Positions 55,499-64,000 of a stretch of 64,000 nt of DNA are shown here, one piece after another. The number at the start of each line of letters is the position of its first letter. The first letter of the stretch is position 1. The stretch is from Eledone cirrhosa (taxonomy: Eukaryota). The DNA lies in assembly GCA_964016885.1 (NCBI GenBank), contig OZ024741.1, positions 86,118,001-86,182,000 of the forward strand, read 5' to 3'. The notes below the pieces were generated by a model. It was not told the DNA's origin, made no database searches, and worked only from the letters and a program-made list of their open reading frames with translations. Position numbers and translations under genes: made by a program.

Positions 55499-57395
55499 TA
55501 TGAAGAACTGACCCATTGGAAATGAAGTGGTTTGTAAAAATTTATTAAGTCCTTTATTTATTTTTTTTTTTTTTGCAAAGGTTAAGGTAAAATGAACAAA
55601 AAAAAAATACTTAAAAATTTTATTAATTCATTAACATTTTTGATAAGTCTTATTTTTTGCAAAGAGTAAGTAGAAACAAGGAAAAAAGTATTTTAAAATT
55701 TTATTCATTCATTAACACTTTTGATGCTAAATCACCTAAAAACTTGCCATAATTTTCTGTTAAGTTCAACTTACTAATGAGATAATCATATTAAATCATT
55801 TCCAAATTATGGATTATTTTAAAATTATAGTATTGTTCATGAAAAATATAACATGATTTGAGGGGGAAAAATGTCAATCTTTTTATATGATGTAGTTTAA
55901 TGTCTCCACCCCACCCCCACTTCTTTTTAAGTTGATTGAGTGAATACCTTTGTACCTGATTAATTCTTAGATGCATAATGTTTTGTTAACTTGATAGTTT
56001 TGGGCAACAATGGATCCAAAAGCATTGGATAAGATGCTTTGCAGCATTTCTTCCAACTCTATTTTCTGAGTTCAAATCTGCCCACGGTTATCTTTACATG
56101 GAAAGATTGCTTACGTTATACCTAAATTAGGAGCTATTATTTAAATCGTTTTTAAGGAGTTGCAAAGAAAAAAGTTTGTGTGTATATTTTTATATTTTTA
56201 TTATATATTCTGTGCAATTACTTTTAAATGTTTTATTTCAACTAGGCTTAAGTCGTGTACGATGTTACTTGTCACATGACGAGTAATTCCAAAGTGGTAA
56301 GTTCTTTTAAAATTTGTTGCTTTCTAGGAAAGCAAAGGTTGAGAATGCTGATGTGATTTATACCTGGTGATGGATGGGCATTGTGGTGCGGATAATCAAA
56401 AAATGAAAAATGTTGGGGATAGGGGTCGATAAATTGCATATTATTGAGGCTAAAAAGATGGTTTAGAGGAATTGGGTGGCAAGTGAACATTAAATGTTTA
56501 GGGGATGTGTGCTTGTCTGCAAGACATTTCAGGTAAGCAGGTCTGCTAAAATAAAATAAAAAAAATCTCAACACTATATACAAGTGTTATACATTGAACA
56601 ACAGCACTGCTAACTGGAAATAAAACAAATCCTCTTGCTGATAGTTGTTTATCTTGAATTTATTGGTTTCATTATAACCACGGAAGTAGTGTATATATGA
56701 TATATATTTGGTATATAGTATATGTATATATAATATATAGCTATGTGTATATGGTATGTGATGTGTATATAATCTAACAAAAGCTGTGTGGAGCTGTTAA
56801 TTGTGGCATGGCTATCATATTAGATTGCAGTTGGTTTTGCTTGTTAATCAATTATTAGCTACATATATTATTTTATGAGGAATCGTTTGAGCATCAGGCT
56901 ATATCCTTTGCTGCATTTAGTTATATCCTTTTACATTCTGAGGTCGATATAATTGACTTCCCCTCCCCCAAATTTGCTGTCTATGTTAGAAACAAATGTT
57001 ACTTTAGGAATCTGTGATTTGGAAGTATTTATAGTCACTGGTAGTATATGTTCCAGCTCAACATTCCGAATTGACATCATGTGGAGGTCAATAATATGCC
57101 AGTCAAGTACTTGGGTCAGTATAATTGACTCTCCCCAGCTTAAATTAGAAGCCGTTTTATTTGTAAAATCCACTTTACATCGTTTTATCATTTCTTCATT
57201 ATTTTTTTTGTTTAAAGTGTGGTGGATTGGCAGTGTCAGTAGAATGTTGAACAAAATGCTATGTGGTATTTAGTTGCAACTTTCTGTGTTCTGAGTTCAA
57301 CTTTACCTTTCATCTAGTTGAGTACTAGGATTGATAAATTTGGCTTTCTCCCTTCTCCAAAATTGCTGGCTTTATACCAATGTTAAGAAATAATA
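55005..57395 (+). mobile_element. Scattered decayed family A SINE fragments downstream of the gene
   Basis: Repeated GGTGGATTGGCAG heads, GAGTTCAAA B-boxes and AAATTGCTGGC..TAGAAAC tails near 55005-55200, 56000-56140, 56930-57150 and 57218-57395. Confidence 0.65.
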
Positions 57396-58207
57396 TTTTA
57401 TTGAAAAGTGAATGAATGGCTTGAGTGAAAGTGTTCCAGTGGTGGGAGTGAGCTAAATTTAAGTTCTTTATACATTCACGGATGTGAAATGTTGGTCACA
57501 TCTTTACTGATGTATCCTGGAGTCACTGGGTCTCTGGTTGAGTTCCATGATGTAAAACTCTAATGTTGCTGATCTCACTGGTGACTTTTCTTCTACCATA
57601 GCCATCTAGATGCTCTATCTACAGCTTCTATATTTTTGACAGTTCTGTATTCACCAGTTTCGTAGGCTTTATTAAGGTGAACACTCTACTACCATGCCCC
57701 TGATCCTCCACCTATTCCTGTGGCAACCCTCTATCAATTCTTAGCATTTTTCTCACTTCCATAAACTGCAGTAGGTCTCCTCTTTGGACCTTTCTCATGT
57801 GTCAGCCTTCCATTTCATTTCCACTTTTATAGCCTGTTCCTGTCATATCCCATTAGCCATTGCCTTTGTCTCAATAGTGGTAAGAAAGTATTGGGAGAGC
57901 TGGACAACAAGCCTTCAGAGAGGCCCTACTCATGCAAGTATTTAGGTTCTTAGCTCCTTACAATTTAAGCAGGCCAGGCTGTATACAAGTCATGGCTCCC
58001 GGGTGCCCTTCTGCTGATGCTTTTAACCTATTGGGTGTCGGAGACTTGTGTGCATAAGATTGCTTTTGTTCCTCTCTGCTATCAAATTTATATTTAAATA
58101 CTTATTTCAATTTTTCAACAGCAATGAGGTTATCACTACAAGTTTTAAAAAATGCGCATGGCTTCATAGCATGTTGGGTTCATAATCATATGAGTAGAAT
58201 TCCCAAG

Positions 58208-58395
58208 TCTGGTGTTGCATTATGTTCTTGAGCAAGACACTTTAGTTCATGTTGCTCCTGTTCACTAAGCTTGAAAAAATAATTTGTGCTGATTCGACTT
58301 CACAGCAGTGTCATCACAAATTATCTTTTCAAGCTTAGTGAACAGGAGCAACGTGAAATAAGGTGTCTTGCTCAAGAACATGATGCAACACTAGA
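58208..58395. repeat. Fold-back duplication of a CORE-SINE fragment, ~85 bp arms
   Basis: TTCTTGAGCAAGACAC..GTTGCTCCTGTTCACTAAGCTTGAAAA.ATAATTTGTG mirrored across an ~18-26 nt loop. Confidence 0.9.
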
Positions 58396-59099
58396 TATGA
58401 GTTATGTCATGGGGAGGATTGACAGCTAGTCTTCTACAAAACACCTTGCTCTGGCATATATTTTGGAGAGGAACTTTCCTGGTGGAATCCCATTTTCAGT
58501 TATGGCTGAAGGAGGCTTTTAAAAATGTGATTGTTAGTTATGTTTATTTTATAGTTTCTGGCAGAATTCATATGGCATAGAAAAATGTTCTGATGTACTG
58601 AGTTAAAATTCTGCCAAGATCAATTCGCCTTTCATTCTTTCAGTGTCGACAAAGTACCAGTCAAAGGGTGGTGTATGCCCAAATTGTTAGTGTTGGGAAA
58701 GATGCTTTGCTGCTCCTGATACAAGAGCAGTGAAGATCCTACAAGGAGGTATACCGGACAGGTGGTATCAGTATTGGAAATAATGTATACTGTCTTATAG
58801 ATGTGTGTGTCTGTGTGTATATATATAGGTAAAATGTTCTAGGTCAAAATTAAATTATTGTTGATATGGAAGTAGTGAGGTGGCTGTGATTAGGGTTAAT
58901 ATTTGGATAGATGTTGCTGATGTAAGCCTTTAGTTGATTAGGTAATTTAGTAAACTATTGTGAGTGTTCTCTGTTGGTGGTGCTGTTATTCTATTGGAAA
59001 GGTAGGTGCAATAGTAATATGGTATTTAGTTGTATGTGTGTATATATATATCTTGTGTCTCTTGTAGGTATTTTTTTTTTTTGTGTGTATATATATAAC

Positions 59100-60350
59100 T
59101 CTTACATGTTCTAGCCGAGGCACCAGCATTGTTGCTACACTTTCTATAGCTGTCCTTTCTTGGTTGGCTAATGTTACATGAGGTAGTTTGTCACTGCTGC
59201 CCTTATTTGTACTTCTTGTGAAGTTTATCTGAGATCTTAGAAGAATGTCTTGATGTTTTTGAAAACATCTATATCCACCTTTCTAATTTTTTGGCATATT
59301 AAAGAGCTAGTGGCCCATGAAGTCATTACAGTATCTGGTCTTTACTCTAGATGTGAGGGATGACACTTTTGCCACTATGGAGATTTTATGATTAGACCTG
59401 CTCTCAATGCCAACATTTTGTGCTAGCCCTTCCAGCATCTCCATATGTATCTCTTGTCTTTGCTCCAAGGAGTAGTTTTCTTTCAGTTTATTTCCCAGTA
59501 GGGCAATCTTATTGCTGAAACTTTGTTGGATTACTTGAAGTCTGCAATTAATTCAACATGGGGTAACCATTGCAGCTGAGAGCAAATGACCTCCAGACAA
59601 CTAACATGGATTCCTGTTTTTTTTTTTTTTTGTCCTGAAAGCCTGTCTGCGCACCGTTGCTCATATCGATTCCCAGATCCTGCACTCAATTTGATTTTAA
59701 AATTTCAATCGCTCGAGGTCCAGAGTAGCTTTCTTGTAGTGAGTTGATAATGGGCGACATGAAATTTTATGGCATTAAACTCCATATTGTCTTTGTTCCG
59801 TTTGTAAATGGTCCCAAATGTATATTTTGATTGCCTGTGCTATTTTTGTGTCATTGGCAAACTACTGTGGCCTACTTATGTTTCCTTTGAGAGGGCTCCA
59901 TAGGCTGTAAGAATCTTTCAGCAACTCTCCTAATTACTTTGTAACGCATTCCATGATCAACTTTATTGAAGGCCTTTGCAAGGTCAAGATGTCATATCCA
60001 CATTTGAACAGTCTAACCCAGTTAAAATGTAAAATCTGTGTAAAGTGGTTTCTTCCCAAGTGAAAGTTGTGCTGGGTGTTGACCAGTTTTCTTCTGACAA
60101 TTTATTCCATGACATTGCTGATATTTAAGGTCAAAGAGACAGGAATGTAGTTTTTAGCATTTGCTTTGTTTCTTCTATAGATATGATTTTTCTGAATAGA
60201 TAACCACTTGGTAGAAACTTTTCAAAGAGGATCTGCTGTAGTTTTAGTAAGTTATGTTTGCATGTTTTAGGGGGATTGCTGGGAACCTTAGTCAGGGCCA
60301 AAATTTGAATTTGGTCACTCATGGCTAGGTCTTTCAGATAGATTTTACTC
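59100..60350 (-). mobile_element. Highly decayed CR1/Jockey-group LINE
   Basis: Minus strand NVD..LDLAKAFNKVDHG and FEKFLPSG..RK..I remnants; many stops. Confidence 0.65.
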
Positions 60351-61649
60351 ATGTTGGTAAGTCTTATGGGGTCGATAAAATAAAGTACCAGTAATACACT
60401 GGAATAATTGCTGGCCTTGTGCCAAAAGTAGAAACAATTATATGTTGCTTAATGAGAATGTAGGTATGAATGAATTCATTCTTTTTTTTTTTTTTTTTTT
60501 TTTTTCTTAGAAAACCATAGCTTTTCAGAGTCTCCATGATTAGGTTGTTCAGCCAAATGCTAGGCTTCTATCACATTCTTCAATTCTTTGAAAAGTTTGT
60601 CAGTTTCGTTGATTCTTGTATGTGTTGCTTTCTTTTATCTCTTAATATGTTCAATGTTGCTGGGATTCATCCATGAGTATATCTTATGAGAAATAACCAG
60701 GATACAAGGAGATTAGTGCAGATAGGGAAAGAGAAATATAGGCTGGGGTCAAGTGGAGTGATCAGAAGCTAGAATTTTTAGAGATGAGTCAACAAAAATA
60801 TTTAACAAATAAATAAAGTACTATTTTTACACACACACACACACACAGAGACTTCTGTATTGATATATGAATATTATTGGTATTCATATATTAATTCAGT
60901 GAAGGTGTATGACTTAGTAATTAGTGCATTGGGCTTGTCATCTGGCAGTTGTGAGCTTGATTCTCGGACTGGGTGATGTGTTGTCATTAAGCGAGACATT
61001 TTATTTCAAGTTGCTCCAGTTTACTCAGCTGTAGAAATGAGTTGCGATGTCAATACAGAAGTGAGAATGAGTTGTTTTACCTTGTAGATTACCATAATGT
61101 TTCCAATTGTAAAATAGAGATAACTTTGATACTTATATGAAAAATTTCTGTATTAATGTAGGAAAGTTATCAGTATACAGCACCCCATTATTGGTTATGT
61201 CTTACAAACAATAGATATATTTTCCCCATTCACAGCATGAGAGGTATAATTTTAGGGGGGCATCAAAAAGCGCTTATCAACACCATGGCTAATGGGATTA
61301 TCTGCATATATATATATATGTGTGTATAGTGAACTTTACAAAAGAAGAGGGGAAGGCATGTGTCAGATATTGAAAAAGTGGTCATAAGTGAAATCATTCC
61401 ATAGTCAAAATGGACATACAATTTCAACCCCTCTGATGGTAGTGCTGTTCTCAGTGTCTAATAAACTAGTTAAACACTCCTGGAGTATTTTAGAAGATGG
61501 AAATGAAACAGAATTTATATGAAATTATATGGCAGGAACAAAATACATATATAATTAAACGAGCGACACTTCAATCAACCACAGTAAGAAACGGTGGAAC
61601 TCTTTCGCTATCATGAGAAACATCAATAAAGGCTGATGACTTTATAGAG

Positions 61650-63372
61650 GAGGTTGTAAACTTGGGGACGTAGGTTTGTGGGAGGGTAGGTAATGGTGTT
61701 GCCTACTGGGTATATGCCTCAGCCCAAGAATAATAGAGGGTGGGTCTTCTGTAATACTTCATAATGCCAGAGGTCAAAGTCGTGTGTCATCACTTTAGTG
61801 AGGTGTAATTGAGCAAAGTCAGTTATTGTTACCACATCCCAGTCTCGTAGGCCTGGCTACCATAAACTTTTAAGCGCTCTGCATCTTTTTATACAACTGT
61901 CATCCTTCATACGCATCACATGTTCATACCAACGCTATATCCACCTGTACACATCTGATCCCTCTTATGCCTAATTTCTCACGCAGTTCGATTATGCTTT
62001 GCCATTTGTGTATATTGCTATTGCACATCCATCGAAGCATGGAGGCTTCATTTTTTCCAATCTTCGCAGATCCTCTGCACACAGTGCATCATACAATCTG
62101 CCTTTCATTTGAGGGGAAAACGTTTTTGTAGTTAGCAGCAGTAGTAGGTCCCTGAACTTTCTCCAACCCAATCTCACTCTGGCTACAGTACTTTCGAAAA
62201 CACCAACCCCACTGCTGATTTGGTCCCCCCAGGTAACAGAAGCTATCTACCACTTCTGGGCATTTGAAGGTGATTGTATCCTGAGAGCTCTTGCTACTTA
62301 TTGCGCCTGCGCACTGACTGCATGTAAAATCTACGTTCTCTGTTAGCCTGCCTGGGATCCTACCATATATCTTGTGTACCTATAGCTTGCACTTGGGACA
62401 TAAGATGGAATTTCTACCTACTCATTTTCTGTACACCGAGCAAGGCCATTTGCCTGCGGAGATCTTGGCCCTGTCATCCTTTTTACTTACTAGAACTTTA
62501 GTCTTTGCTAAGTTGATTTTAAGACCTTTAGATTCCAAGTTTGGAATTTCAGCTATATGGGTTAGGTCATGTGCATATAGAAGTTCCCAAGGGCAGCCAC
62601 TCCATTATTGCCTGTAGGACTGATAAACAGGAGGAGGCTAAGAACTGAACCTTGGTGGACACCAACCTGCACACTAAATTCTTCACTATAGTCATTGTTA
62701 ATTCTGACCTCGCTGACTTCTGTACATGGCTTGTACTGCATTCACAAGCCACTCATCTACTCCTAGTTTTCTAAGAGCCCACCAGATAATGGAATAGGGG
62801 ACTCTGTCAAAAGCCAAGTAGAGGGATTTACTCTTAGCTAGGTACTTCTGCAAGTGTCAAGGAAGGGAGCATCTGGTACAAACCCAAACTGTATCTCATC
62901 TAGGTTAACCTGTTCCCTAATCAGCTGAGCTGTGACCTTCATAACCTGGTCAACTGACTTAATTCCTCTACAGATTTCCCTATCTAGAGCATCACTTTTG
63001 CCCTTGTAGCAGTTTATGATGAAGCTGCTACACCAATCATTGGGTATGGCACCATTTTGTATAAATTGGTTTATAATGTGGGACACTAAGGTGTGGCCCA
63101 TCATGCCTGATGCTTTCAGCATGTCAGCAACTATCCTTGCTCTGTCTGGCTTCATATCCTTGATTGCCTTATTTACTATGCTACTGCTAACTTGTACAGC
63201 TGGTCCCTCTGTTGGGTCGGCGTGAGACAAACTGTTTTCATCCCATCCATTCTCCTCATTCAGTAATCTTTCATAGTGGCACTTCCATGCTTCCTTCTTT
63301 TCAGTGTCAGTGAGGGCAAGTTCGCTGAAACCATTTCAGACACACTTCTCCCCGCTGACATCACAATTATCC
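61650..63372 (-). mobile_element. RTE LINE (PHD-bearing subfamily), 5'-truncated, decayed
   Basis: IPNDWCSSFIINCYKGK.DALDR, QFGFVP, VGVHQGSVLS, PWELLYA, WRKFRDLL. Confidence 0.9.
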
Positions 63373-63449
63373 ATGACAGGTTTGCAAGAAAGTGTGTCGG
63401 ATAATTGTGATGTCAGTGGGGAGAAGTGTGTATACGTAAAATATATATC

Positions 63450-64000
63450 TTGTGTTATTTCATGACATAAAAGCCTGGTTCAATATTGGTAGAAATGTGT
63501 CAGAACCTATTGCAGTAAGGAATGTTGTCAAACAAGGTGACATAATAGCACCAACACTGTTTTCACTATTCTTTGCAGTGGTATTGTTAATGACATTTAA
63601 AGACTGTTGACATGGAATATACATTCGGGATGTTTTGGTGCTAATATGAAGAGCATGGACTCACTATTGAGAGAATTTCTGTATGCAGATGGCTACAATC
63701 TTTTTTCCCCCACACACAGGAAGATATGCAGCACCTAATGGACTCCTTCAGCAGTGCTTGGTTTAACAATCAGCTTGTAAAGATTGTGGCAGGAAAACCA
63801 TATGTAGAACTTCATACAAGACTATGATCAAGTGTACTGTGCACCCTTGACAATGAGAGTTAGAAAAGTGACTATGGTTTCAATGAGGTATCTCTAATGA
63901 TACTAAAGTTGAGGTTTATGTGACCTGTGTATTGTCCTTTCTATTGTATGCTTGTGAGATATAGGTTACTTAATGGAGGCATCTAAAATGCTTCCACAAT
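63450..64000 (+). mobile_element. Decayed RTE (BovB-like) RT fragment running to the window end
   Basis: SEPIAVRNVVKQGDIIAPTLFSLFFA, REFLYAD. Confidence 0.75.

Overview
AT-rich, repeat-dense animal genomic DNA. The SINE and LINE complement points to an octopus or other cephalopod, but that is an inference. One long plus-strand gene dominates: an SCAF4/SCAF8 co-ortholog (SR-related CTD-associated factor). I reconstruct it by hand as 17 coding exons from ATG 4169 to TGA 51976, all with GT-AG introns and consistent phases, about 4797 nt and 1598 aa. It has an N-terminal CID, Q-rich and P-rich linkers, an RS region, an RRM and a long disordered C-terminus, followed by a ~3 kb TE-free putative 3' UTR. 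Introns and flanks hold decayed RTE, CR1/L2-like, CRE-like and Penelope-like retroelements, three tRNA-SINE/tail families, and piggyBac- and pogo-type MITEs. Most ORFs in the track are shadows or TE debris. I found no prokaryote-style novel system. The best leads are: (i) a nested TE stack in intron 12 followed by a duplicated exon-12 end with an intact donor; (ii) two RTE copies with twin-priming-like 5' inversions; (iii) a PHD finger inside the RTE reverse transcriptase; (iv) a near-identical inverted SINE pair bracketing exons 2-4, plus several long hairpins; (v) a ULM-like RKSRW motif in the last exon; (vi) a structured GC-richer island in the 3' UTR. TE boundaries are approximate and were read by eye.
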